A stretch of DNA of 49,569 nt, from contig JBDRCO010000066.1 in NCBI GenBank assembly GCA_043821645.1, positions 1-49,569 on the forward strand, read 5' to 3'. This document shows, one piece after another, positions 17,838 through 27,857 of this stretch. Every line of letters begins with the position of its first letter. Positions within the stretch are counted from its first letter, which is position 1. This DNA is from Pseudomonadota bacterium. Lineage in GTDB: Bacteria > Myxococcota > JACRCW01 > JAFGSX01. The notes below the pieces were generated by a model. The model saw nothing but the letters and a program-made list of their open reading frames with translations. It did no database searches and was not told the origin of the DNA. Made by a program: the position numbers and the translations under genes.

Positions 17838-19850
17838 ATGACGCCCCCAGACAGCCAGGTCCTTTTTGGCCGCTACCGCACCGAGCAGCAGCTGGCGACC
17901 GGTGGCATGGGTGAGCTGTACCTGGCGCGCGACACCACGCTCGACCGCTGGGTGGTGATCAAGGACCTGCGGCGCGAGCTGCACCAGGACAAGCGCATCG
18001 CGCGCATGTTCATGGACGAGGCCAGGGCCCTGGCGCGCATCGATCACCCGCACATCTGCCGCATCTTCGACCTCGGCGAGGCCGATGGCCGGCAGTTCAT
18101 GGTGCTCGAGTGGGTGCAGGGCTGGGACCTGTGGCGCGTGCACAATCGCCTGTTTCGCGAGCGCACGCGCATGCCCATCCCCATCGCGGTGCAGCTGATC
18201 CTGGACGCGTGCGCCGGTCTGCACGCGGCCCACGCCGCCACCACGACCGAGGGCCAGCCGCTCAACCTGGTCCACCGCGACATCAAGCCCCGCAACCTCA
18301 TGGTGACGACGGGCGGTCTGCTCAAGGTGCTCGACTTCGGCGTGGCCAAGACCGCGGTGCAGGCCGAGCGGACGCAAACCGGCCTGGTCAAGGGCACGCT
18401 GTCTTACTTCTCACCCGAACAGTGCCTCGGCGCGCCCGTGGACCGGCGCTCCGACCTGTTCTCGCTGGGCACGGTGCTGCACGAGCTGCTGTGCTGCCGG
18501 CCACTGTTCCAGCGCTCCGGGGTCGGCGACGTGGTGGCAGCGATCCTGCGCGACCCCATCGAGCCACCGCTGCGACCCGGCGAGCCCACCCCCGAGGCGC
18601 TGGTCGCGATCGTGATGCGCGCCCTGCACCGCGATCCGGCGCGGCGCTTTGCCGACGCGGCGGCCATGGGTCGCGCCCTCGAGCAGGTGATCCCCGCGCA
18701 GGACCTCCCGGGTCGCGAGCAGATCGCGGCCTACTTCGCGACGTTGTTCCCCGATGACCCGCGGGGCGACCAGCCGCAGGCCGAGCCGCTGCGCCCGCAG
18801 GATTCGACAGCGGACGCGCAGGAGGTGTCCGCAGCATCCGCGCCGCCCTCCGAGGTCTCGGCGGTGACCGTGCCCTCGACCCCGGCACCGGTGCCACAGC
18901 CCGAGCCCACGGTTCGCGCCCGGGTGGCCGTCGCCGAGCTGTCTGCGGAGCCGCCCACCCTGCGCCGGGAGCGGGTCGTCACGCCGGTGACCACCGAGCG
19001 CCTGACGCCACCGCTGGTCGAGCCCACGCCACGCGTCGAGCCCGACCTGCATGTCCGGCCCACTCTGCGCCTGGAGCCGCCGCTGCTGTCCGAGACCACC
19101 GAGCGCGTCGCCCAGGAGGCCGCCCGCGAGCCCCCCGAGTCCGATCTGCACGTTCGCCGCACCTTGCGGCTCGACCGTCCGCCGCCGCAGGAAACCACCG
19201 AGCGCTCGGCGCAGCAGGTCACCGTCGAGGTCACGCGCCGCATCGAGCCACAGCGACCAGCTGCGGGACTCGCGCAGCCGGCGGCGGCGGAGCCGAGCCT
19301 GGCAGCGGCGGCCCTGGTACGACGCCCGGCGTGGACGCTGTTCGGGCTGGTGGGCCTGGCCGCAGGCCTGGTCACACTCCTGTGGTGGTGGAACGGTCAG
19401 GCCTCGCCGGGAGATGCCGCCGCTGCGGTGGACGGCACCGCTGTGGCAGGCTTCTACGTCGAGGCGGACGCAGGCACCCAGGCCGTGCCGGCGACGCAGC
19501 GTGTGCGCGCTCAGGATGCAGCGACGGCTGACGCAGCGACGGGGCGCCTTGCCGGCGATGCGTCGTCGTCCGACGCTGCATCGATCCACAGCGCACGCGA
19601 TGCGGGCCGCGCCAGCGCGCGGTCACAGCGGCGGCGCACCGGGCGTCTGACCCTCGACGCCGTCCCCTGGGCCTACGTCGACATCGATGGCAGGCGCATC
19701 GGCCCCACCCCCGTCGTCAACGTGGAGCTACCCGCGGGGCGCGTACGCGTGCACCTGCACAACCCGGAGCTCGGACTCGAGCGCACGGTGGAGATCCCTA
19801 TCGTGGCTGGTCGCTCCGTGCGACGACAGATCGCGCTCGATGGCCCCTGA
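17838..19850 (+). CDS. Membrane Ser/Thr protein kinase with a C-terminal PEGA-like domain
   Basis: GGMGELY, VVIK, HRDIKPRN, DFGVAK, SPEQ and DLFSLG motifs; TM helix; 'LTLDAVPWAYVDIDGRRIGPTP'. Confidence 0.95.
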   Translation: MTPPDSQVLFGRYRTEQQLATGGMGELYLARDTTLDRWVVIKDLRRELHQDKRIARMFMDEARALARIDHPHICRIFDLGEADGRQFMVLEWVQGWDLWRVHNRLFRERTRMPIPIAVQLILDACAGLHAAHAATTTEGQPLNLVHRDIKPRNLMVTTGGLLKVLDFGVAKTAVQAERTQTGLVKGTLSYFSPEQCLGAPVDRRSDLFSLGTVLHELLCCRPLFQRSGVGDVVAAILRDPIEPPLRPGEPTPEALVAIVMRALHRDPARRFADAAAMGRALEQVIPAQDLPGREQIAAYFATLFPDDPRGDQPQAEPLRPQDSTADAQEVSAASAPPSEVSAVTVPSTPAPVPQPEPTVRARVAVAELSAEPPTLRRERVVTPVTTERLTPPLVEPTPRVEPDLHVRPTLRLEPPLLSETTERVAQEAAREPPESDLHVRRTLRLDRPPPQETTERSAQQVTVEVTRRIEPQRPAAGLAQPAAAEPSLAAAALVRRPAWTLFGLVGLAAGLVTLLWWWNGQASPGDAAAAVDGTAVAGFYVEADAGTQAVPATQRVRAQDAATADAATGRLAGDASSSDAASIHSARDAGRASARSQRRRTGRLTLDAVPWAYVDIDGRRIGPTPVVNVELPAGRVRVHLHNPELGLERTVEIPIVAGRSVRRQIALDGP

Positions 19851-19902
19851 GCACGCTGCACAGCGGTTTCACCGGCAGCCAGCCACGTGTACACTGACGC
19901 CA

Positions 19903-21249
<1,347 letters not shown>

Positions 21250-21259
21250 GGGCACCGCC

Positions 21260-22435
21260 ATGCACGACCCGCGCGCCCACTCCCTGCTGAGCTCGACCTC
21301 GCGCTGGCCGCTGCCTGCGCTGAGCGCCCTGCTGCTGGTGGCCGGACTGCGCTGTGACTGCGGCGCACCCTGCGCCGCTAGCGAGGAGCGCGTGGACGGG
21401 CGCTGTCTGAGGCCCTGCAATGCGGACCGGGACTGCCCGGCCGAGCAGATCTGCGTGCGCGGCTACTGCACGCTCGGCAACCGCCTCGACCCGCAGCGCG
21501 ACGCCGCGGTGGTGGACGCCGGCGCGGTGGACGCGCGCCTGGCAGATGGAGCCGCGCCGGACACCGCTGGCCGCGATCGCCCCCCAGCGGACGGTACCTC
21601 GGCGGACACCCCGGGCACCGATGCCAGCAGCAGCGACACACCTGCCATCGATGTGGCGACCGCGGATCGCGCAGCGACGGACGGGCACGGCGCGGATGTC
21701 GCACCACCCGACGCGGCCCCCCTGGCCGACTCCGCAGCGGCACCCGACACTGCTGCAACACCCGACGTTGCCGCAGCACCCGACGCTGCCGCAGCACCCG
21801 ACACCACCGCAGCACTCGACACCACAGCGGTACCTGACAGCGCTTCGCCGGACACAGTCACCCCGGACAGCGCCGCGGCCGATGCCGCATCGGCGGACGC
21901 GGTCACCGCGGATGTCGCCGTTGTTGACGCGGGCGTTCAGGATGGCCATGGGCCCTGCCTGCAGGGCGAGCTGTGTGACGACGGCAACGCCAACACCTCC
22001 GACGATCTGTGCATGCTGGAGAACCTGTGCCGCGGTATCGACTTCTCCGGCATCGGGACCTGCGGCGACACCTGTCCAGGCACCTGCAATCCCTTCGAGT
22101 GCTGTGCGGATGCCTGCACGGGTGACCTGTGCTTCTGCCCGCAAGCCTGCTCGTGCGACATCCGCCTGAGGTCCACCGGCGGCCAGCAGACCACCTGCTA
22201 CTCCGAATCGACCTGCTTCCTCGTCGGTGGCGGAGGACTTCAAGATGTCACCTGCGAGGTCAACGCCGCGTGCCGCCTGTACTGCGAGGCCGGCTCGACC
22301 TGCAGCATGGACTGCCAGGGCGGAGCGGCGTGCCTCATCCACTGTGATGCCACGGCGACTTGCAACCTGCTCAACTGCACGAGCGTGGACTGTGGGAATG
22401 GGATCCAGGTGTGCGGCCGGCAGTGCCCGCCGTGA
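21260..22435 (+). CDS. Cys-rich exported (lipo)protein with an Asp/Ala-rich linker
   Basis: Signal ending LRCDCG; DA/PD-rich spacer; dense Cys C-terminal domain; starts 10 bp after the activator gene. Confidence 0.85.
   Translation: MHDPRAHSLLSSTSRWPLPALSALLLVAGLRCDCGAPCAASEERVDGRCLRPCNADRDCPAEQICVRGYCTLGNRLDPQRDAAVVDAGAVDARLADGAAPDTAGRDRPPADGTSADTPGTDASSSDTPAIDVATADRAATDGHGADVAPPDAAPLADSAAAPDTAATPDVAAAPDAAAAPDTTAALDTTAVPDSASPDTVTPDSAAADAASADAVTADVAVVDAGVQDGHGPCLQGELCDDGNANTSDDLCMLENLCRGIDFSGIGTCGDTCPGTCNPFECCADACTGDLCFCPQACSCDIRLRSTGGQQTTCYSESTCFLVGGGGLQDVTCEVNAACRLYCEAGSTCSMDCQGGAACLIHCDATATCNLLNCTSVDCGNGIQVCGRQCPP
21740..21840 (+). repeat. 18-bp coding tandem repeat (APDxAA), about 5-6 degenerate copies
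   Basis: GCACCCGACNNTGCCGCA-like units encoding APDTAATPDVAAAPDAAAAPDTTAALDTTAVPD. Confidence 0.75.
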
Positions 22436-22444
22436 GCGCAGGCG

Positions 22445-24127
22445 TCAGGTCCAGGGGTCGCTGTCGGGGTCGACCGGGGTGTCGGTGTCGACGCCGGGCG
22501 GCACCTCGACGTGGCAGACCGCGCCGTCGACCTCGCCAGCGTAGCCGATGGACTGCGGGGGATCCCAGCGCTGCTCGCACATCAGTGGCGACATGCAGCG
22601 CCTCGGCTCGTCCTCGAGGGTGATGCCCTGGCCGCCGAAGTACTCGCGGCAGCGCGTGGGCGCGCGCACGGCAGCGTTCTCGAACTCGCACAGGTCCTGC
22701 ACCGCGTTGTACCAGCCGCGGCTGTCGGCAAAGCACTGCTCGATGGTGATGCAGGCGCGGCCGTTGCCCGCGACGAAGCCATAGATGTCCTGCACGGTAC
22801 CGTTGGGGCTGCACACCGCGCTGCAGGCGAGCACGCCGCCCGGCAGGACCTGGGCCACCACCGCCGGAGCCGAGGCGCCCGAGGGCAGCGAGGGGCTGTC
22901 GAGGCCCGTGAGGTTGACCAGGCAGGTGGTGCGCCGGCCGGAGTCGCCATAGATCGCGACGTCATCAGGGTGGGTGGCCTGGGCAAAGTGGCCGTTGATG
23001 ACGGGCACAGGGTGAAAGTACCCCGCGCAGCTCACCGCGTCGAAGTAGCTGGCCATCCAGTCAAAGGCGTTCTCCATGATGGCGTGGTTGAGCGGGAAGC
23101 CGCACTTGAGCATTCGCCGCTCGACGGTGGCGGGCTCTGCCGAAGTCGGGTCCGAGCGCACGCTGTCCGCCCACAGGGCGCCCACATAGACCATCATGCG
23201 CTCGGCGCTGACCTCGCGCTCCTGCCAGCCCAGCACACCGCGGTGGCTGTACAACGTCAGGTAGGGCTCGCCCACGACCGGCCCGTCGCAGGTGCCGGGC
23301 TTGGCGTCGGCGACCAGGTGACCAGCCGCCTCGTGCCAGAAGATGCCGAACATGGGTGGCGCGCCGGTGGACGGATTGGTCCTGAAGTACCAGGGCTCGT
23401 AGGAAGTGACCACCAGGCTGCTGGTGAATGCGTTGAGCCGAGCATCGCAGCTTGTGCCGACGGTGTACGAGTTGAAGTGGTCCTTGGTGTTGAGCTCGTA
23501 CAGGGTCGGCAGCAACGGGTCCGCGCGCAGCTCGGGCGGCAGCGCTGCCCAGGCGCGAAACAGAGTGTCCACGATGCTGGCGTCGTCGGTTGTGGTGATG
23601 TCGGCGTCGATCAGCACGCCGATGGGACGGCTTTGGCCGGGCAGTGTCTGCAGCTCGCCCTGGTACAGGCGGAAGGGCCGCACGGAGCCGCAGCCGTTCC
23701 AGCCGGCTGCCGCCGCGCGCAGATCCGCGATCTCGGTCAGGGTGATGTCGTCGACCCCGGCCGTGACGTACAGCCCCGAGGGCGCTCTTTCGGGCGGGAT
23801 CTCCTGCAGGGCGCTGACGGCGAGCAGCGACACCTCATCGTCCGCGGGCATCGACAGCGGGCTGCCTGGCACGGCGCTGCGGCCGATCCAGGGGCTCAGC
23901 AGCAGCAGTCCACGGTCCTCCAGGCCCGCGTTGGTGAGCGGCGGCTCGTCGATCTCGTCCTGCGGCGACATCCCGTCTCCGGGGGGGATGTACCGGCCCT
24001 TGCTGGGAAGCTGCACCTGCTGCGGGTCTGCCATCCCGTCGTCGAAGAAGGCTCGGCTCTCGCAGCCGGTCCACAGCAGTGTGCTCGCTGCGAGCACGGC
24101 CAGACGGGTCAGGTTCTGCTTGTACAT
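22445..24127 (-). CDS. Lipoprotein, putative zinc metalloprotease (HEAAGH)
   Basis: GGAGG RBS before MYKQ; lipobox WTGC; 'IFWHEAAGH' with downstream 'EREVSAE'; Cys-rich C-terminus. Confidence 0.75.
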   Translation of the reverse strand: MYKQNLTRLAVLAASTLLWTGCESRAFFDDGMADPQQVQLPSKGRYIPPGDGMSPQDEIDEPPLTNAGLEDRGLLLLSPWIGRSAVPGSPLSMPADDEVSLLAVSALQEIPPERAPSGLYVTAGVDDITLTEIADLRAAAAGWNGCGSVRPFRLYQGELQTLPGQSRPIGVLIDADITTTDDASIVDTLFRAWAALPPELRADPLLPTLYELNTKDHFNSYTVGTSCDARLNAFTSSLVVTSYEPWYFRTNPSTGAPPMFGIFWHEAAGHLVADAKPGTCDGPVVGEPYLTLYSHRGVLGWQEREVSAERMMVYVGALWADSVRSDPTSAEPATVERRMLKCGFPLNHAIMENAFDWMASYFDAVSCAGYFHPVPVINGHFAQATHPDDVAIYGDSGRRTTCLVNLTGLDSPSLPSGASAPAVVAQVLPGGVLACSAVCSPNGTVQDIYGFVAGNGRACITIEQCFADSRGWYNAVQDLCEFENAAVRAPTRCREYFGGQGITLEDEPRRCMSPLMCEQRWDPPQSIGYAGEVDGAVCHVEVPPGVDTDTPVDPDSDPWT

Positions 24128-24194
24128 GATGGCCTCCATGGGTTGCTGCGCCCTGCCTCGTGCGTTGCGCGATTGCCCGTTGCTGAACTGCTCT

Positions 24195-24210
24195 CGCAAG
24201 CCGCGTGCCG
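24195..24210 (-). promoter_or_regulatory. Sigma54 -24/-12 promoter
   Basis: Minus strand reads CGGCACGCGGCTTGCG, close to the TGGCAC-N5-TTGC consensus, about 68 bp upstream of the 24127 start. Confidence 0.75.
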
Positions 24211-24447
24211 CCGGCATTTCGCTGTCAACCCGGCGTCCCGCAGCGCCTTTTTGCCTGCTGTGCGCGTCGTCACGTCGGGAGACGCGCCGTCGCCAGCGGG
24301 GCTGCGTGGGGCGTGCCCCTCGTCGACAAACCCCGTTGCCACCGCTGGGCGCGGTGGACCTGCAGCGGCGTTCGGACAGATCGAAGCGGTCTGTGCTGGG
24401 TCGGGGCGAGGTGGGACGAGATGGACGCTGGCGTGAGGGCGGGACCG

Positions 24448-26307
24448 CTAGCTCTGGGGCACCGGCGCGCTGGTGTAGCGGAACCACACGTCATAGATGG
24501 TGGCCTGGCCGCCGTCGAGGCGCTGTGCGCTGGCACTCAGAGCCACGTCGTGACCGCCGCTGCGCGCGCCAAGCGGGGCAGCGCGGGTCGCCGCCAGCTC
24601 CAGCGAGGCGAGTGCGTGCCGGGCCGGTCGCAGCTCGTCGGGCTGGCTGACCCCATCCTGGTCCAGGTCCTGCCACAGCAGCAGCTGCTCGTACACCGTG
24701 TCGGAGGCGTCGATGCGGCCGTCACCGTTGCCGCCGTGCCCGGGCAGGTCGTAACGAGCAAGGGCTGCGAAGCCGTCGCGCGCCAGGCTGCCATCGGGCA
24801 GCACACTGGCTTCGCCGAACAGCTCGCGGCCAGAGCCGATGCAACCGTCGCCGTCGAGGTCCAGGGCCAGCAACGCGCCACCGCGCACCCAGCCGGTCTG
24901 CACAGCGTGGCCGCTGCCCAGCAGGTCGAACTCGACACCCTCGTGCAGGATGCTGAGCGCCAGCTGGCCCGGCTCCAGCTCGACCACCAGGGGCGAGCCT
25001 GTGCACACCGGCAGCTCGGGATCGACGCTGGGTGAGCTCTCGTCGGCGCCGTCGAGCGCGGGTTCGCGCGCCTTGCTCGCGGCCAGTACCCAGGTCGTGT
25101 AGGCCGCACCCACACCGGTCTCGTAGGCGGTCTTCTGCTCCTGGCAGGTCACCGGCTCCGCGTCGCAGGTGTCGCGGGCGGTGTCCGTGCCCAGGCCGGC
25201 GCAGCGCAAGCCCGCGTCGGTCAGGTAGACGTCGTTGGGCTCAAACCAGTTGAGCTCGCCCGCGCAGGTGCGGCGACCGAGATCGGCCGAGGCACCATTG
25301 GGCACAACATCTTCGGCGCGCAGGCCGGATGGCGGCAGGCCAGCCCCGACCAGGGTGTCGTCGAGCTTGGACACAAAGTGTTCCACCGCGGTGCGGTAGC
25401 AGTCCTCGGCGTTGGCCTGCGCGGGTGCAGGCGGAGCCGGCGCTATCGGCTCGTCGTCGCTGCTGTCGTCGGTGGCATCGTGCGGTTGTTCCTGCTCGCC
25501 GAGCACCTCGACCGCGGGCTCGTCGCTGCTGCCGTCGTCGTGTGGCGGGTTCTCCTCGCTCAGCTGCTCGACCGTGGGCTGGTCGCTGCTGCCGTCGCCG
25601 TGCGGCGGGTTCTCCTCGCTGAACTGCTCGACCATGGGCTCATCGCTGTTGCCGTCGTCGTGCGGCGGGTTCTCCTCGCTGAACTGCTCGACCATGGGCT
25701 CGTCGCTGTTGCCGTCGTCGTGCGGCTGGTTCTCCTCGCTGAGCTCCTCGACCGTGGGCTCGTCGCTGCTGCCGTCGTCGTGCGGCTGGTTCTCCTCGCT
25801 GAGCTCCTCGGCCACCGGGTCGTGCTGTGGTCTGCACTCCGTGCGCAGCACCTCGCCCCGCGCGTCCGAGCACAGCTGGCAGCGCCGACCCTCGCCGGAC
25901 GTGACCTCGACGCACACGTTGGCCACGCGTTCAAAGCGGTCGATGGGCGTGCCAAACAGGTCGAGCAGTCGCAGCGCCAGGGCCGAGCCCATCACCTCGG
26001 CCTGAACCAGATGGGGCAGCCCGCGCTCGGGACCACCGCACACCTCGACGTCGCGGTCCCCGCGCTCGCAGCGCCCGCACAGCGAGCCATCCCGGGCGAG
26101 CTCGACCTCCAGGCTGTGGCAACCCAGAGGGTTGGGGTAACGCAGGCCTGGGCGCGAGGCGTCGCGCAGCGCCATCTCGGTGTCGGCTTGCAGCGAGCTG
26201 TGCCACAGGGTGGTCGCGGTTGGCGCCGTCGACCTGCGCCGCAACTCGGCGTTGGGCTCACAGGCGAGCAGGGTCACAGCTGCGAGGATGATGCTCAGTC
26301 GGGTCAT
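24448..26307 (-). CDS. Lipoprotein with acidic 20-aa tandem repeats and a C-terminal FrpC SPM-like Ca-binding domain
   Basis: GGAGGT RBS; lipobox LLAC; C-terminal 'SPLVVEL..FDLLGSG..TGWV..LLALDLDGDG..GRELFG..GFAALARYD..GDGRIDASD..LLLWQDLDQDGVSQPDEL'. Confidence 0.85.
   Translation of the reverse strand: MTRLSIILAAVTLLACEPNAELRRRSTAPTATTLWHSSLQADTEMALRDASRPGLRYPNPLGCHSLEVELARDGSLCGRCERGDRDVEVCGGPERGLPHLVQAEVMGSALALRLLDLFGTPIDRFERVANVCVEVTSGEGRRCQLCSDARGEVLRTECRPQHDPVAEELSEENQPHDDGSSDEPTVEELSEENQPHDDGNSDEPMVEQFSEENPPHDDGNSDEPMVEQFSEENPPHGDGSSDQPTVEQLSEENPPHDDGSSDEPAVEVLGEQEQPHDATDDSSDDEPIAPAPPAPAQANAEDCYRTAVEHFVSKLDDTLVGAGLPPSGLRAEDVVPNGASADLGRRTCAGELNWFEPNDVYLTDAGLRCAGLGTDTARDTCDAEPVTCQEQKTAYETGVGAAYTTWVLAASKAREPALDGADESSPSVDPELPVCTGSPLVVELEPGQLALSILHEGVEFDLLGSGHAVQTGWVRGGALLALDLDGDGCIGSGRELFGEASVLPDGSLARDGFAALARYDLPGHGGNGDGRIDASDTVYEQLLLWQDLDQDGVSQPDELRPARHALASLELAATRAAPLGARSGGHDVALSASAQRLDGGQATIYDVWFRYTSAPVPQS
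25470..25810 (-). repeat. 60-bp coding tandem repeat, 5 full copies plus partial flanks (EELSEENQPHDDGSSDEPTV)
   Basis: Lines 25501, 25561, 25621, 25681 and 25741 are near-identical in register. Confidence 0.95.
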
Positions 26308-26364
26308 GGTTCACCTCCGGGGCTCGGGCCAGGCCGGTGCGACCGGGCCACGACAACGCTCCAA

Positions 26365-26380
26365 TGCAGGGCTCGGGCCA
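26365..26380 (-). promoter_or_regulatory. Probable sigma54 promoter
   Basis: Minus strand reads TGGCCCGAGCCCTGCA (GG-N10-GC), about 58 bp upstream of the 26307 start. Confidence 0.6.
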
Positions 26381-26567
26381 GACCGCACTTCGTCGAATAT
26401 GTTGGATAAACGATGAACCTGGGGACCTGTCGTGGAGACGGCTGGGCGCCGCGGGGGACGATTGGTCGCCGCGATGGATGGTGCCGAGGGATGAGGTGAT
26501 GCGTCAGGGTCCACGGCAGGTCCTGGCGCTGCGCCCCCTGGCTGGCTTTGGGCTATGCCCGAACACC

Positions 26568-26957
26568 ATGCGCGCACACGCAGCCACCGAGTCCCGCGCT
26601 CTTGCGGTCAGGGCAGGCCGGGCCTGGTCCCTGGCCCTCGTCATGGCGTGGGCCAGCAGCTGTGGCGGCTGCCAGACGCCCAGCCGCAGCTGCGCCTCCC
26701 TTGCCGACTGCGTCGAGGGCAAGCTCTGCGTCGAGGCGCAATGCCGCAGCGTGTGCAACAGCCAGCGCGACTGCACGGGCCACGAGACCTGCCTGGATGG
26801 CGTGTGCCTGCCCGCGGCGGACGCTGGCCGCTCCGACGCCGCGACTGGCGCGGATGGGGCAACTCGACTCGCCCACTCGTTGAGCCGGCTGAGTGAGAGC
26901 GTTTCTGCCATACCCGGCGTTCGCGCCTGGAAACCTGCCTCGCCGTTGCGGTCCTGA
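26568..26957 (+). pseudogene. Truncated Cys-rich lipoprotein (N-terminal part only)
   Basis: Signal ending SSCGGC, two small Cys modules and the start of a DA linker. The protein-like character is lost after 'GADGA'. Confidence 0.55.
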
Positions 26958-27054
26958 AGTCAGTTCATCATCGCCGTCCCTGACCTCGGCCTGCCGAGGT
27001 GAAGGTGAGGCCTTGTGCCTCGCGTCCAGGGACGGGGTCCGCATCCCACGGGAG

Positions 27055-27192
27055 CGGACCTGTCACGCCAACTGGTTCACGCCACCGCTGTACGACATCG
27101 ACAACTCGGACGCCTACCCGCCCGACGGCACAGGCAAGCTGGGCAACTGCTACTCGTGCCACAAGAAGAAGCGCCGGAGCTGGAGCCAGTAG
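27055..27192 (+). pseudogene. Orphan C-terminal fragment of a multiheme cytochrome c-like gene
   Basis: Reads RTCH...GNCYSCHKKKRRSWSQ*, giving one complete and one partial CxxCH with no plausible start. Confidence 0.5.
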
Positions 27193-27238
27193 CCGCGCTC
27201 GGCGGGTTCTGCGGGATGGTCCGCACTTCAGGTGCAGG

Positions 27239-27793
27239 TCAGGTTGTTGCGGTGTCGCTCCAGGCGAACATCCGACGAACGCTCGGCCCCAGACAGGCCC
27301 ACAGCAGGGGCAGCCACAAGGGCAATGGCGCATACGCGGCCTCGCTGTAGCGGTAGAGCCCGAACCCGACCAGGCTGCCCTCGACCAGGGCATCCAGGGC
27401 GGCAGCTCCCAGGGCGACCTGCCAGTCTCCTCGGGCGCTGCGCCAGCTCAGGCGAAGCGTGCACACCGTTGCAGCCAGGCCCAGCAGACCCAGTTCGTGC
27501 CGCCACAACAGCACAGGCGCCATGACAAGGCCCAGGGCTGCGGGGATTTCTAGCCCCAGACTGGGGCGCTGGCTGCGCAGTGGTGAGCCCAGTGCGGCCT
27601 CGAGACGGAGCAGGCCCAAACCAAAGGCGAGCATCGACACGAGGTACACGAGCAGGATCCACGACGGAAAACCCGCGCCCGGTGGCAGCTGCCAGACCCC
27701 CGTCGCGCGGTGCAGATGCTCGAGGCCGAAAGCGCACAGCGATGTCACCGCCGCGACGATGAGCACGCGCACATGCCGGGGCGAGACGGGCAT
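27239..27793 (-). CDS. Multi-pass membrane protein (DUF2878-like)
   Basis: About 6 hydrophobic helices; 'FGLYRY...PLWLPLLW'. Confidence 0.7.
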   Translation of the reverse strand: MPVSPRHVRVLIVAAVTSLCAFGLEHLHRATGVWQLPPGAGFPSWILLVYLVSMLAFGLGLLRLEAALGSPLRSQRPSLGLEIPAALGLVMAPVLLWRHELGLLGLAATVCTLRLSWRSARGDWQVALGAAALDALVEGSLVGFGLYRYSEAAYAPLPLWLPLLWACLGPSVRRMFAWSDTATT

Positions 27794-27857
27794 GACGCCA
27801 CTGTGGTGCGGATGGGCAACGCGGTCAAGGTGACGACCTTCGCGGAGTCTCCGAGGG

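Noticed and set aside
25470-25810. 60-bp periodic array as a CRISPR
   Set aside because: Units are wholly repeated without unique spacers, are in frame within a CDS, and no cas genes are present.
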